Assembly (NCBI GenBank): GCA_015066925.1 | Contig: SVNL01000004.1 | Span: 175 to 64,174 of the forward strand | Origin: Ruminococcus sp. | GTDB lineage: Bacteria > Bacillota > Clostridia > Oscillospirales > Ruminococcaceae | Length of the DNA stretch: 64,000 nt | Direction: 5' to 3' | Part shown: positions 31,066 through 43,321 of the stretch, one piece after another | Layout: every line of letters begins with the position of its first letter | Position numbering within the stretch: the stretch's first letter is position 1 | Program-made: the position numbers and the translations under genes | Notes under the pieces: model-generated | What the model was told of the DNA's origin: nothing | What the model saw: only the letters and a program-made list of their open reading frames with translations | Database searches by the model: none

Positions 31066-32031
31066 ATGCTAGAGAAAATCAATAAGCCGGATATCGAAAC
31101 TGTTGAGCTGAAAAGTGATGGCAAATACGGTAAATTCGTTTTAGCACCGTTGGAGCGTGGGTATGGAATTACTCTCGGAAACAGTCTTAGACGTGTGCTG
31201 CTCTCCTCGCTTCCGGGTGTAGCTGTTACATCAGTAAAGCTTCAGGGCAAAGATGGTACAGTACATCATGAGTTATCTACAATTCCAGGTGTAAAGGAAG
31301 ATGTAACAGAAATCATCCTTAGCATTAAGGGTTTGACTGCAAAACTCTACGGAGATGAACCAAAAACAGTTTACATCGAAGCCGAAGGCGAATGTGAAAT
31401 AACAGCCGGTGATATAAAGGCAGACTCAGAAGTCAATATTCTTGATCCGGGTATGCATATTGCCACACTTGGTAAAGATGCAAAGCTTTATATGGAAATT
31501 ACTATCGACAGAGGTAGAGGATATGTATCTGCTGAACGTAATAAGAAGCAGATAAATCTTCCTGTAGACGTAATCGCTGTAGATAGTATCTATACTCCTG
31601 TTTTGAAGGTTAACTACACAGTCGAGGATACTCGTCTGGGTCAGGTAACCGACTACGATAAGCTTACTTTAGAAGTATGGACAGATGGTACAATATCTGC
31701 TAAAGAGGCTATATCACAGGCAGCCAATCTCCTCAACGAGCATCTGAAGCTGTTTATCGACCTCTCAGAAGAGGCAGGAATGGCTGAAGTATTAGTTGAA
31801 AAAGACGAAAAGGGTAAGGAAAAAATCCTTGAGATGACCATTGAGGATCTTGACTTATCGGTGCGTTCTTTCAATTGCTTGAAGCGTGCCGGAATTAATA
31901 CAGTTGATGACTTGATTAACAAGTCTGAGGAAGAAATGATGAAGGTTAGAAACCTTGGTAAGAAATCCTTTGACGAGGTAAAGGAAAAGCTTCAGTCACT
32001 GGGCTTTGACCTTTCATCAGAGGAAGAATAA
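31066..32031 (+). CDS. rpoA: RNA polymerase alpha subunit
   Basis: [30 protein letters not shown]. Start MLEK after aggagg. Confidence 0.98.
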   Translation: MLEKINKPDIETVELKSDGKYGKFVLAPLERGYGITLGNSLRRVLLSSLPGVAVTSVKLQGKDGTVHHELSTIPGVKEDVTEIILSIKGLTAKLYGDEPKTVYIEAEGECEITAGDIKADSEVNILDPGMHIATLGKDAKLYMEITIDRGRGYVSAERNKKQINLPVDVIAVDSIYTPVLKVNYTVEDTRLGQVTDYDKLTLEVWTDGTISAKEAISQAANLLNEHLKLFIDLSEEAGMAEVLVEKDEKGKEKILEMTIEDLDLSVRSFNCLKRAGINTVDDLINKSEEEMMKVRNLGKKSFDEVKEKLQSLGFDLSSEEE

Positions 32032-32079
32032 TTAATGAATAAGTGCGTTATCGCACTGAGATAAAAGGAGTGAATTACA

Positions 32080-32421
32080 ATGCCGGGTACAAGAAAGCTG
32101 GGTAGAACAACAGACCATAGAAAAGCAATGCTCAGAGGTATGGTAACTTACTTGCTCGAAAACGGACAGATCGAAACAACTGTTACAAGAGCTAAGGAAG
32201 TTCGTGCTGTTGCAGAAAAAATGATTACTATCGGTAAGAATAATGATCTGCACTCCAAGCGTCAGGTAATGGCTTACGTTACTAAGGAAGACGTTGCAAA
32301 GAAGCTTTTTGATGAAATTTCACCAAAGTATGCTGATAAGAACGGCGGATACACACAGATCGTTAAGATCGGTCCACGTCGTGGTGACGCTGCTGAGATG
32401 GCAATCATCAAGCTCGTTTAA
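32080..32421 (+). CDS. rplQ: 50S ribosomal protein L17
   Basis: [22 protein letters not shown]. Confidence 0.98.
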   Translation: MPGTRKLGRTTDHRKAMLRGMVTYLLENGQIETTVTRAKEVRAVAEKMITIGKNNDLHSKRQVMAYVTKEDVAKKLFDEISPKYADKNGGYTQIVKIGPRRGDAAEMAIIKLV

Positions 32422-32443
32422 TCGCAGATTAATAAAATAATAT

Positions 32444-32479
32444 AAGCCGTTCCGTAAAAATCGGAACGGCTTTATTTTT
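32444..32479. terminator. Terminator of the ribosomal superoperon (likely bidirectional)
   Basis: aagccgttccg-taaaaat-cggaacggctt followed by a T-rich tract. Confidence 0.85.
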
Positions 32480-32522
32480 ATACAATAAAAATGTCGCACA
32501 AAAAAGTGCGGCATAGTATTGT

Positions 32523-33272
32523 TTATAGATTGGATATATTGAATTCCTTGCAAAACATATCAGCAATAGCGACAATAAATTCAGAGTTGGTAAATGAATC
32601 AAAATCATCTGCGAAATCAGGATTAATATTATTTTTGAGTTTAGCTAGAATTTGTCGTTTTGAAGCTACATCAATAGCATGACGTATGGAACGTTCTACC
32701 ATTTTGGAAGAAACGTTAAACTGGGCTGAAATAAGCGAATACATATCAGTAGTAATACTGCTGATAAATTCAGGATTTCTTATAGTATTTTCAACAGCGC
32801 AGGCAATATAGGCAGCACCGTTGAGATGTATAGGAAACCCTATTTTTATAAGGTATGAAAGTATATTTCTTTGCAATCTCGGAGTATAATTGTATGGTGA
32901 AGCATTTTTTTCAACATATTTTTGAATATCGTATAAAGAAACAGGCATTGTAAGAGTTATATAAACACCGTAATCAGCAAGACTTAAAGAAAAATCCTTG
33001 TTCGAATGAGATGTAATAATAATAACGCGTATGTTAGGATGCTGAGAACGAATATGTTTGACAAAAGCGAAAATATTACCGCAAAGAAGTTCGGAATAAA
33101 TAACGATAACCTGACAAGTATCAAGCAAATCATCGGAATATATGAGATTAATGTCACTACGGCGACAAAAAGCATTGAATCCGCTTTTTTGTAAAAAGTT
33201 CATCAAAGGAATTCCGAAATGGAGAGAATTATCACAAATCATAACATTAAGCATTTCTCTCATAAAAATCAC
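32523..33272 (-). CDS. Spo0A-like regulator (degenerate receiver plus Spo0A C-terminal DNA-binding domain)
   Basis: IGFPIHLNGAAYI, ITTDMYSLIS, VERSIRHAI, TNSEFIVAIAD match Spo0A_C; receiver is divergent. Confidence 0.8.
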   Translation of the reverse strand: MIFMREMLNVMICDNSLHFGIPLMNFLQKSGFNAFCRRSDINLIYSDDLLDTCQVIVIYSELLCGNIFAFVKHIRSQHPNIRVIIITSHSNKDFSLSLADYGVYITLTMPVSLYDIQKYVEKNASPYNYTPRLQRNILSYLIKIGFPIHLNGAAYIACAVENTIRNPEFISSITTDMYSLISAQFNVSSKMVERSIRHAIDVASKRQILAKLKNNINPDFADDFDSFTNSEFIVAIADMFCKEFNISNL

Positions 33273-33517
33273 CTTTAGTCAAAGAAAATATAACATACAA
33301 TTTTAGTCTATCATACATAGAGAAAGATTGTCAATGTTTAGAGGTTCGAAAAGTGAAAAAATTGTCGAAAAAATACGCGAGAGAAATCAGAGAGTGAAAA
33401 CGCCTAAAAAATGTACAAAAAATATAACGTAAAATAGGCTTGGTTGTGCAAGCAACCGAAAATTATGAAAAATTCGAAAAAGTACTTGAATTTTTCTGTA
33501 AAGTTGGTAAAATATAA

Positions 33518-33544
33518 TTAGCACTCAAACAAAGAGAGTGCTAA
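33518..33544 (+). promoter_or_regulatory. CIRCE operator (HrcA)
   Basis: Exact TTAGCACTC-N9-GAGTGCTAA upstream of groES. Confidence 0.97.
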
Positions 33545-33871
<327 letters not shown>

Positions 33872-33882
33872 ATTTAAAATAA

Positions 33883-34022
33883 ATAGTCAATGTCAAAAAT
33901 AGGTTTGACATTGATATATAAATTGATTTAAATTGTCACGCAGATTTGTAAATCAGAGATTATATTTCTGTGTCGGTAAAATAGAAAGCTTCAAAAGATT
34001 TTGATGTTTGCTATAACTTATT
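33883..34022 (+). repeat. Copy A of an imperfect intergenic repeat (groES-groEL spacer)
   Basis: Shares three colinear blocks with 35768-35844 (see findings). Confidence 0.65.
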
Positions 34023-34024
34023 AG

Positions 34025-35674
<1,650 letters not shown>

Positions 35675-35696
35675 TTCTGTCAATAAAAAAGATTTT

Positions 35697-35734
35697 AAAG
35701 TCACTTTTGATGTTATATCAGAAGTGACTTTTTT
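35697..35734 (+). terminator. groESL intrinsic terminator
   Basis: aaagtcacttttgat-gttat-atcagaagtgacttt plus T-run. Confidence 0.85.
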
Positions 35735-35738
35735 GTCG

Positions 35739-35767
35739 TTGACTTTTGAAGGGAATGTTGTTATAAT
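35739..35767 (+). promoter_or_regulatory. SigA promoter
   Basis: TTGACT-17 nt-TATAAT with TG extension. Confidence 0.8.
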
Positions 35768-35844
35768 ATAGTCAATGAAAAAATTGATATGAATTGGCTT
35801 GCAGATACGTAAATCAGAGATTTTGCTGTTTGCTGTAGCTTATT
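35768..35844 (+). repeat. Copy B of the imperfect intergenic repeat (5' UTR of the phosphatase gene)
   Basis: Colinear similarity to 33883-34022. Confidence 0.65.
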
Positions 35845-35874
35845 TATTTAAGAAGGAGCCGACTGAAGAAGACT

Positions 35875-36426
35875 ATGTTATATATTACCAGACATGGAAA
35901 AACTGAATGGAATGAAGCACATAAGTTACAAGGAAGAACAGATATACCGTTAAATAATGAAGGCAGAAAAATGGCAGAACAAGCAAGAGCTGAGTATAAG
36001 GGCATACATTTGGATATCTGCTATTGCTCTCCACTCATACGTGCAAAAGAAACGGCAGAAATAATGCTTAAAAACAGAAATATACCGATAATTTATGATG
36101 ACCGCTTAATTGAAATGAGTTTCGGAGAATATGAGGGCATTGAAAATTCTTTTCAAAATCCGAAGTGTCCTATAAACGTTCTTTTTCAGGCACCTGAAAA
36201 ATATATATCCTCAATTGGCGGTGCAGAAACCTTTGAGGAATTATTTAAAAGGACAGGAGAATTTATTGAAAAAACGATTGTCCCGCAATTAAAACAAGGG
36301 AAGGATGTACTTATAGTCGGACACGGAGCTATGAATTCAAGTATTGTATGTCAGATAAAAGGACTTCCCATATCACAATTCTGGAGCTATGGAATAGAGC
36401 AATGTAAGCTTATACAGTTGCTTTGA
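35875..36426 (+). CDS. Histidine phosphatase family protein
   Basis: ITRHGKTEWN, CSPLIRA, EMSFGEYEG, IVGHG. Confidence 0.9.
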   Translation: MLYITRHGKTEWNEAHKLQGRTDIPLNNEGRKMAEQARAEYKGIHLDICYCSPLIRAKETAEIMLKNRNIPIIYDDRLIEMSFGEYEGIENSFQNPKCPINVLFQAPEKYISSIGGAETFEELFKRTGEFIEKTIVPQLKQGKDVLIVGHGAMNSSIVCQIKGLPISQFWSYGIEQCKLIQLL

Positions 36427-36452
36427 AAAAATTGCAGAAGTTAGTGGTAAAC

Positions 36453-36495
36453 AAAAATCCAGAGAAGAAAATAAATCTTCTCTGGATTAAATTTT
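36453..36495. terminator. Bidirectional terminator
   Basis: aatccagagaaga-aaataaa-tcttctctggatt between convergent genes. Confidence 0.8.
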
Positions 36496-37532
36496 TATTT
36501 AACCGCATCACCACGTCCGCCAAGCACTTCATAGCCTGCATCGGCAATACGCTTTTTAAGCTTTGCGATGTTTTCACAGGCTTCTTCGTCTGTGCAGATT
36601 TTATCATTATAGAGCATATATTTTTTTCTTACATCAGCAGGAGAGAGATTAGGCATAACAACATTAGCGCCGGCTTTAAGTCCCATTTCTCTGCCGTATG
36701 GATGAATAGTCCCCAGAGCCGTTGTAGAGGGGATAAGCGCCTTTGGAAAGATAAGCCTTAGTATACTCACCAGTCTTAATACAAGCGCTAAATCGCCCTG
36801 TTTAAAGCCTTTAAAAGGGGTAGAGCAGTGAGGGATAAAAGGACCTATTCCAATCATTTCAGGATTTAGCTTTTGCAGAAAGCGAATATCACTTACAATG
36901 TTATCTGAGGTCTGATACGGAGCACCGACCATAAATCCCGAGCCTGTCTGAAAACCGAGCTTTTTCAATGTGAAAAGACAGCTTTTTCTGTTTTCAAGCA
37001 GCATTGATTCTGGGTGTAATTTTGTATAAAGAGCCTCATCTGCCGCTTCATGACGCAGAAGATATCTGTCTGCACCTGCCTGTTTAAGCTTGCGGTAGCT
37101 TTCGATAGAGCGTTCACCAAGCGAAAGAGTAACAGCACATTCAGGATAATTTTGTTTTATTTCTGAAATTAGCGGACATAAAAATTCATCGTTGAAAAAA
37201 GCGTCCTCACCGCCTTGCAATACGAATGTGCGTAATCCGAGAGAATAGCCGTAATCACAGCAACTGAGAATATCCTCACGACTAAGACGATATCTTTCTG
37301 CATTTTTGTTACCGCATCTTATACCGCAGTAAAGGCAGTTATTTTTGCAATAGCTTGAAATCTCAATAAGACCTCTCAGAAAAACATCTCTGCCGTAATA
37401 GCGTCTACGTACATCATCTGCAAGCAAGCGTAAAAGCTCATCATCTTTATCGGAGGCTGAGTCAATGAGCATTTTAAGCTCATCATCGGAAATCTCAGAG
37501 TATTTATAAAGCTTATGGATAATTTCTTTCAT
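36495..37532 (-). CDS. hydE: [FeFe]-hydrogenase maturase HydE-like radical SAM protein
   Basis: RGLIEISSYCKNNCLYCG, VLQGGED, GADRYLLRHE, GIGPFIPH, GANVVMPN, YMLYNDK. Confidence 0.85.
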   Translation of the reverse strand: MKEIIHKLYKYSEISDDELKMLIDSASDKDDELLRLLADDVRRRYYGRDVFLRGLIEISSYCKNNCLYCGIRCGNKNAERYRLSREDILSCCDYGYSLGLRTFVLQGGEDAFFNDEFLCPLISEIKQNYPECAVTLSLGERSIESYRKLKQAGADRYLLRHEAADEALYTKLHPESMLLENRKSCLFTLKKLGFQTGSGFMVGAPYQTSDNIVSDIRFLQKLNPEMIGIGPFIPHCSTPFKGFKQGDLALVLRLVSILRLIFPKALIPSTTALGTIHPYGREMGLKAGANVVMPNLSPADVRKKYMLYNDKICTDEEACENIAKLKKRIADAGYEVLGGRGDAVK

Positions 37533-37534
37533 TG

Positions 37535-38461
37535 TCAGCCGCCCAGTCTGATCATTTCATCAATACATTTTTTTGAAGCGTTTATTTCTTCATCTGACAT
37601 AATAATTTCAAAAGCTTCACCATTTTCAATGCCGTTCAAGGAGTTATAAACATCCATAATAGATGTAAGCTTCATATCTCTGCAAACGATTTTCTGTGAA
37701 AGCGGATAGAATTTTTTATCAGGACATTCAAACATAAGATGTTCAACGATAGAAATTTCTGTACCGATTATAAATTCACGGCAGTCTGAATTTTTTGCAA
37801 AATCCATAATACCTGAGGTAGAGCCTGCATAGTCAGCCATAGCCGTAACATCGGGAATACATTCGGGATGAACAAGTACAAGAGCTTCAGGATGAAGTTT
37901 TTTGGCGTATTTGAGGTCATCAACGGTAACAGAAGAGTGTACAGGACATCCGCCCTGTAAAAGCTTTATATCCTTTTCAGGAACATTTTTCTGTACAAAT
38001 CCGCCGAGGTTACAGTCGGGGATAAATAAAATTTTATCATTTTCCATAGCCTTTACAATTTTAACGGCAGAAGATGACGTAACACATACATCGCATACAG
38101 CTTTAAGCTTTGCAGTAGTGTTTACATAAGCTACAACAGCTCTGTCAGGTTCTGAATTTTTAATTTGACGTATAAGCTCAGCGTCCATTTGTTCCGCCAT
38201 AGGACATCCTGCAAGATGGTTAGCGAGGAACACTCTTTTTTGAGGAGCAAGAATTTTAGCGGTTTCAGCCATAAAGTGAACGCCGCAGAAAAGTATATTA
38301 TCAGCGTTAACATTTTTAGCGTCAACGCTAAGCTTATAGGAATCACCGACAAAATCGGCAATCTCAACAATATCTCTGTTTTGATAGCTGTGAACTAAAA
38401 CAGCAGTATTTGTAGCTTTTTTCAGACGTAAAATTTCGTCCTGAATATTTCTGATAGTCAT
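37535..38461 (-). CDS. nadA: Quinolinate synthase
   Basis: HSYQ, FVGDS, FCGVHFMAETAK, GCPMA, CPVH, HPEC, C-terminal Cys (VCRDMK). Confidence 0.93.
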   Translation of the reverse strand: MTIRNIQDEILRLKKATNTAVLVHSYQNRDIVEIADFVGDSYKLSVDAKNVNADNILFCGVHFMAETAKILAPQKRVFLANHLAGCPMAEQMDAELIRQIKNSEPDRAVVAYVNTTAKLKAVCDVCVTSSSAVKIVKAMENDKILFIPDCNLGGFVQKNVPEKDIKLLQGGCPVHSSVTVDDLKYAKKLHPEALVLVHPECIPDVTAMADYAGSTSGIMDFAKNSDCREFIIGTEISIVEHLMFECPDKKFYPLSQKIVCRDMKLTSIMDVYNSLNGIENGEAFEIIMSDEEINASKKCIDEMIRLGG

Positions 38462-38471
38462 AGAAGCTCCT

Positions 38472-38849
38472 TTAAAGAGATGCAATTACATCAACTTCAG
38501 CAAGAACGTTTTTAGGCAGAGTTTTAACTGCAACACAGCTTCTTGCAGGTTTTGAAGTAAAGTATTTTCCGTAAATTTCGTTAAAAGCGGCAAAGTCGTT
38601 CATATCAGCGAGATAGCAGGTAGTTTTTACGGCTTTATCGAATGAAGAACCTGCCGCAGCGAGTACCTCACCGAGATTTTTCATAATCTGTTCAGTCTGT
38701 CCGACGATATCAGAAGCCTCAACAGTATTTGTAGCAGGATTTATAGCAATCTGTCCCGAGGTATAAACCATACCTGAACAGACAACAGCCTGTGAGTAAG
38801 GACCGATAGCGGCAGGAGCAGATTGAGTATTAATTTTCTGAATTGACAT
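38472..38849 (-). CDS. ridA: RidA/YjgF reactive imine deaminase
   Basis: APAAIGPYSQA, TSGQI, PARSCV, LPKNVLAEVD. True start MSIQK (ggagg RBS), not the long ORF-track extension. Confidence 0.92.
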   Translation of the reverse strand: MSIQKINTQSAPAAIGPYSQAVVCSGMVYTSGQIAINPATNTVEASDIVGQTEQIMKNLGEVLAAAGSSFDKAVKTTCYLADMNDFAAFNEIYGKYFTSKPARSCVAVKTLPKNVLAEVDVIASL

Positions 38850-38865
38850 AAAATAACCTCCATAA

Positions 38866-40068
38866 TTAAATCTGATTATTGATAAGACTGTGGACGAACT
38901 GTTTTGCAGTACGTGGAGAGCGTCCGCTTCCTGCAAGAGCAAAAGCCTCAGCCTGAACAGCAAGCTGTTCATTATCTGTATTAATATTATATTTTTCAGC
39001 AATTCCCTTAACGATATCAAGATAAGCTGTTTTATCGGGCTTTGTAAAGGTAATGGTAAGCCCGAAGCGAGCCGAAAGAGAAATAAGCTGTTGAATGGTA
39101 TCGTTGCGGTGGATATCATCGCCATCTCTGTCAGAGAACGACTCTTTAATAAGATGACGGCGATTGCTTGTCGCATAAATAGCGATATTATCGGCTCTTG
39201 CTGAAACCGAGCCTTCAAGCGTAGCTTTCAATGCACCGAAGCAGTCGTCATCAGAGGAAAAAGAAAGGTCGTCGATAAAAAGAATGAATTTAAGTGGATT
39301 TTTACATATACTGTCGATTATATGCGGAATATCCCTCAGCTGTTGTTTTGTAATTTCGATAAGTCGCAAGCCTCTGTCAGCGAATTCGTTAACGACAGCT
39401 TTAACCGTAGAGGATTTTCCTGTGCCTGCGTCACCGCACAGCAGAACATTCTGTGCAGGCTTCCCCTCAAGCAGAGCGATAGTATTATCAATAACAGCCT
39501 TTCTTTCTCTTTCATAGCCATAAAGCTGTGAAAGCTTCTGAGCGTCGGGATGTTTTACGGGAACGGTTTTACCGTTTTTCAGTATAAACATAATATATTT
39601 AGAATAAAGACCATATCCGTATTTTCCGATATTATTGATACGATTACGGTATTCGCTGAGAAAATCAATATCCGAGGTTCTCCATTTTGGAATAAATCCG
39701 TTGTAGTCAAAAGCATCTGCAAGCTCTTGCGGAGTAATTTCAGAAAGCTTCCGAAACAATCCAAGCTCATATTCAGCAGTTTCTTCTATATATGAGTCGA
39801 TTGGTTTATTCTGAGCTTTTGCGGTAATGTACAGATTTTCGTCCTCGAGGAGAATTTTCAGAATATATTCACTGAGATTTGCATTGTGACTGTAAAGAGC
39901 AGCGGTTAAATCGGAATAACAGGATAAAAAATCCGTGATATTATTTTTATCTGTTTCAAGTATTCTGATAAGGGAAGAAACAACGATGTCATTTTTAAGA
40001 TTTCGGAAAATAGTGACAGATGCACATTTTTGTCTGAGCAGCATTAAATTGTCGTTCATATAATTCAC
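38866..40068 (-). CDS. DUF815-type AAA+ ATP-binding protein
   Basis: Walker A GDAGTGKSS, ILFIDDLSF, YATSNRRHL, GRSPRTAKQF. Confidence 0.85.
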   Translation of the reverse strand: MNYMNDNLMLLRQKCASVTIFRNLKNDIVVSSLIRILETDKNNITDFLSCYSDLTAALYSHNANLSEYILKILLEDENLYITAKAQNKPIDSYIEETAEYELGLFRKLSEITPQELADAFDYNGFIPKWRTSDIDFLSEYRNRINNIGKYGYGLYSKYIMFILKNGKTVPVKHPDAQKLSQLYGYERERKAVIDNTIALLEGKPAQNVLLCGDAGTGKSSTVKAVVNEFADRGLRLIEITKQQLRDIPHIIDSICKNPLKFILFIDDLSFSSDDDCFGALKATLEGSVSARADNIAIYATSNRRHLIKESFSDRDGDDIHRNDTIQQLISLSARFGLTITFTKPDKTAYLDIVKGIAEKYNINTDNEQLAVQAEAFALAGSGRSPRTAKQFVHSLINNQI

Positions 40069-40221
40069 CTTTAAGATTTAGTCGGTTATTTTTATATATA
40101 TAACCGTTTTTTGAAAGTCGGTTGATTTATATAATAAATGCATAACCGATTTATCAGACGTTTTATAAAATACATAGGATTGCATAAATTTATAGGTATT
40201 TTATATTTGAAAAGCATAAGG

Positions 40222-41079
40222 TTATGGTGTAAATATATTATTGCTTGTATCTGTTTCCAGAACATTCGCGATTCTTTCTGATTTTATATCAAGTGCACCG
40301 GTACGTTCTATTTCTTCAAGAGCGATTTGTGCTTGATATTCATTAAGATTAACCTCATAATGTTCACCTGAAGCAGTATTAACAGCTATATAATGATATA
40401 ATTTTTCTCCGACATAAAGTCCGTTTGTTTTGTGTTTTACGCGCCGTTGTATACAATAAGCATTTGTTATGTCGTTAATTCTGACAGAATTAATTTTTGC
40501 GGAATTGAACATAGTAATATACTTTGAACCGATATTAATACCATGTTCGCCATAAACTATCATATTACCGTTAAGATAATCATTATTAACGTCATCAAAA
40601 TCATTTTTATGCAGTATAATATATTTTTTAAGGGGAATTGTAAGTAATCCTCGAAGAGAAAACACGAACGAAAGAATAGCAAGAAATATACCACAGATAG
40701 TTGCAAAAAGAGAAATTTTCCTTATAAAAGCCAAAACAATCAAAAGCAATGCTATTGAAGAGAAAAGAAAGACAAAAACTATCGGACTTCTTAAACGCCG
40801 TTTCTGGTCAGATATAAGGGAATCACCTTTTAGCTTTGCAAAATCATGCTGAAGCTTATATGTAAGCAAAGCCTCACTTTGTTCTGTAATAGACATATTA
40901 GCAAGCTTATCAGCTTTTTTATCAGCTTTAATTTCAATAATATATGAACCGATAAAGATTATCGCAAGTATAAACGGAGCAGCCAAGCTAATGAGCATTT
41001 TATGAGTTATATTGAAACCTACAATAAATATAAAAATGCAAAGAAACCATTCAAAAAAAACATCACTGCGCTTTTTCAT
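40222..41079 (-). CDS. Hypothetical membrane protein (4 TM plus soluble C-terminal domain)
   Basis: 285-aa ORF with RBS and two pairs of TM segments. Confidence 0.6.
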   Translation of the reverse strand: MKKRSDVFFEWFLCIFIFIVGFNITHKMLISLAAPFILAIIFIGSYIIEIKADKKADKLANMSITEQSEALLTYKLQHDFAKLKGDSLISDQKRRLRSPIVFVFLFSSIALLLIVLAFIRKISLFATICGIFLAILSFVFSLRGLLTIPLKKYIILHKNDFDDVNNDYLNGNMIVYGEHGINIGSKYITMFNSAKINSVRINDITNAYCIQRRVKHKTNGLYVGEKLYHYIAVNTASGEHYEVNLNEYQAQIALEEIERTGALDIKSERIANVLETDTSNNIFTP

Positions 41080-41098
41080 TAATTATACTCCCGTTAAT

Positions 41099-41617
41099 TT
41101 ATATGTATTTTACACCTGATTTCAGGAGTGCTTCTCTTGTCTTTTTGATTTTTTCATCAGAAAAACGGCTTACAGTGCAGTTTTGAATAATTGAAACCTT
41201 AGTGTTGTTTTTTAAAGCACCTTTAGCGGTTGCCTGAACGCATCCACATTCATCGAGTCCGCATAAAACAACTTCTGAGTAATTTTGTTTTTTCATATAT
41301 TCTTTGAACTGTTTTGAGGAATAAGCGTCCGGTAAATTTTTTTCAAAGCACAAATCTGAAACAACATTCAGTTTTTCATAAAGCTCAGCGCCCTGAGTTC
41401 CTTTAATAGAAAAGCCGATAAACCACTTATTGGTAATAATATTCGGAAAAATCTGTAATATATAAATGATATCGTATCCGTTGTTTTTGTAATCTGCAAT
41501 AGTAGTATTCACGGAATTAATAAGTTTTTCTGTATTGTATGAGAACATAGCTTTTCTATTATTCCAAAGATAATCATTCTGTAAGTCAATAACAATCAAG
41601 GCTTTTTTATCTGACAT
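41099..41617 (-). CDS. Isochorismatase/cysteine hydrolase family protein
   Basis: ALIVIDLQNDY, FEKN, GLDECGCVQATA. Confidence 0.85.
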   Translation of the reverse strand: MSDKKALIVIDLQNDYLWNNRKAMFSYNTEKLINSVNTTIADYKNNGYDIIYILQIFPNIITNKWFIGFSIKGTQGAELYEKLNVVSDLCFEKNLPDAYSSKQFKEYMKKQNYSEVVLCGLDECGCVQATAKGALKNNTKVSIIQNCTVSRFSDEKIKKTREALLKSGVKYI

Positions 41618-41642
41618 AATTTTTCTCCAGTAAAAAATCGAA

Positions 41643-43307
41643 TTATTTTATATTAATAACAGCACCCTTATCAGCAGAAGAAACCATAGCAGCATATCTC
41701 TTGAGATAACCTGAAATATTTTCTTTTTTCTTTATAGGCATGGATTTTTTACGCAATTCAAGCTCTTCATCTGAAACCTCAAGAGTAATTGAACAATTCG
41801 GAATATCAATAGAAATTATATCTCCGTCCTTGATATAAGCGATAGTACCGCCCTTTACAGCTTCAGGAGAAACGTGACCGATAGCCGCACCTCTTGTAGC
41901 ACCTGAAAAACGTCCGTCAGTAATAAGTGCAACAGTTGAGCCAAGACCTGCACCCTGTATTGCAGATGTTGGCGAGAGCATTTCTCTCATTCCGGGGCCG
42001 CCTGCAGGGCCTTCGTAGCGGATAACAACTACATCTCCTGCATTAATACCGCCCTCGTAAATTACTTTTATAGCTTCTTCTTCGCTGTCGAAAACTCTTG
42101 CAGGACCTTTGTGGACGAGCATTTCAGGAGCAACAGCACTTCTTTTAACAACACATCTGTCAGGCGCAAGATTGCCCTTTAAAACTGCAATACCGCCTGT
42201 TTCGCTGTAAGGATTATCAATTGAACGTATAATATCTGTATTTTTGTTGATACAGCCGTCGATATTTTCACCGACAGTCTTACCTGTGCAAGTCATGCAG
42301 TCGGTATTGATAAGATTTTTCTTTGCAAGTTCACCGAGAACCGCATAAATGCCTCCTGCTTCATTAAGGTCCTCCATATATGTATGACCTGCAGGAGCAA
42401 GATGACAAAGGTTAGGTGTTTTTGCACTGATATCATTAGCCATATCCAGATTAAGCTCAACACCACATTCGTTAGCGATAGCAGGCAGATGAAGCATACT
42501 GTTAGTAGAACAGCCAAGAGCCATATCAGCGGCAAGAGCGTTATAAAATGCCTTCTCTGTCATAATATCGAGAGGACGAATGTTTTTGCGGTAAAGCTCC
42601 ATAACCTGCATACCTGCGTGCTTTGCAAGCTTAATTCTGTCGGAATAAACAGCAGGGATAGTACCATTGCCTTTAAGTCCCATACCGAGAACTTCAGTAA
42701 GACAGTTCATAGAGTTAGCAGTATACATTCCCGAGCATGAACCGCAAGTAGGACAAGCAAAGTTTTCGAATTCTTCCACATCATCAATTGACATTTTGCC
42801 TGAAGTATAAGCACCTACGGCTTCAAACATACTTGAAAGACTGGTTTTGTTGCCTTTAACATGACCTGCAAGCATAGGACCGCCGCTAACAAAAATTGTA
42901 GGAATATTAAGTCTGGCTGCTGCCATAAGGAGTCCGGGAACATTTTTGTCACAGTTCGGAATCATAACAAGAGCGTCAAATTTATGAGCAAGAGCCATAC
43001 ATTCAGTAGAATCGGCAATGAGGTCACGAGTAACGAGAGAATACTTCATACCCTCATGTCCCATAGCAATACCGTCACAGACAGCAATAGCAGGGAAAAC
43101 GACAGGAGTACCGCCGGCCATAGCAACACCCATTTTAACAGCGTCAACAATTTTGTCCAAATTCATATGTCCCGGAACGATTTCGTTATAAGAAGAAACG
43201 ATACCAACAAGTGGACGCTGCATTTCCTCTTTAGTAAGACCTAAAGCGTTGAAAAGTGAACGCTGAGGAGCTTTTTCAACACCATTACAGAAAAAATTAC
43301 AACTCAA
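41643..43307 (-). CDS. ilvD: Dihydroxy-acid dehydratase
   Basis: [44 protein letters not shown]; TTG start. Confidence 0.97.
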   Translation of the reverse strand: MSCNFFCNGVEKAPQRSLFNALGLTKEEMQRPLVGIVSSYNEIVPGHMNLDKIVDAVKMGVAMAGGTPVVFPAIAVCDGIAMGHEGMKYSLVTRDLIADSTECMALAHKFDALVMIPNCDKNVPGLLMAAARLNIPTIFVSGGPMLAGHVKGNKTSLSSMFEAVGAYTSGKMSIDDVEEFENFACPTCGSCSGMYTANSMNCLTEVLGMGLKGNGTIPAVYSDRIKLAKHAGMQVMELYRKNIRPLDIMTEKAFYNALAADMALGCSTNSMLHLPAIANECGVELNLDMANDISAKTPNLCHLAPAGHTYMEDLNEAGGIYAVLGELAKKNLINTDCMTCTGKTVGENIDGCINKNTDIIRSIDNPYSETGGIAVLKGNLAPDRCVVKRSAVAPEMLVHKGPARVFDSEEEAIKVIYEGGINAGDVVVIRYEGPAGGPGMREMLSPTSAIQGAGLGSTVALITDGRFSGATRGAAIGHVSPEAVKGGTIAYIKDGDIISIDIPNCSITLEVSDEELELRKKSMPIKKKENISGYLKRYAAMVSSADKGAVINIK

Positions 43308-43321
43308 TTTATTTCACCTCA

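Noticed and set aside
17253-32253. Many antisense ORFs of 60-156 aa across the ribosomal operon
   Set aside because: Shadow frames of highly biased, highly expressed genes; no RBS or recognisable motifs.
38850-39218. Apparent 248-aa RidA with a long N-terminal extension
   Set aside because: The extension overlaps the DUF815 gene in another frame; the real start at 38849 has a ggagg RBS.
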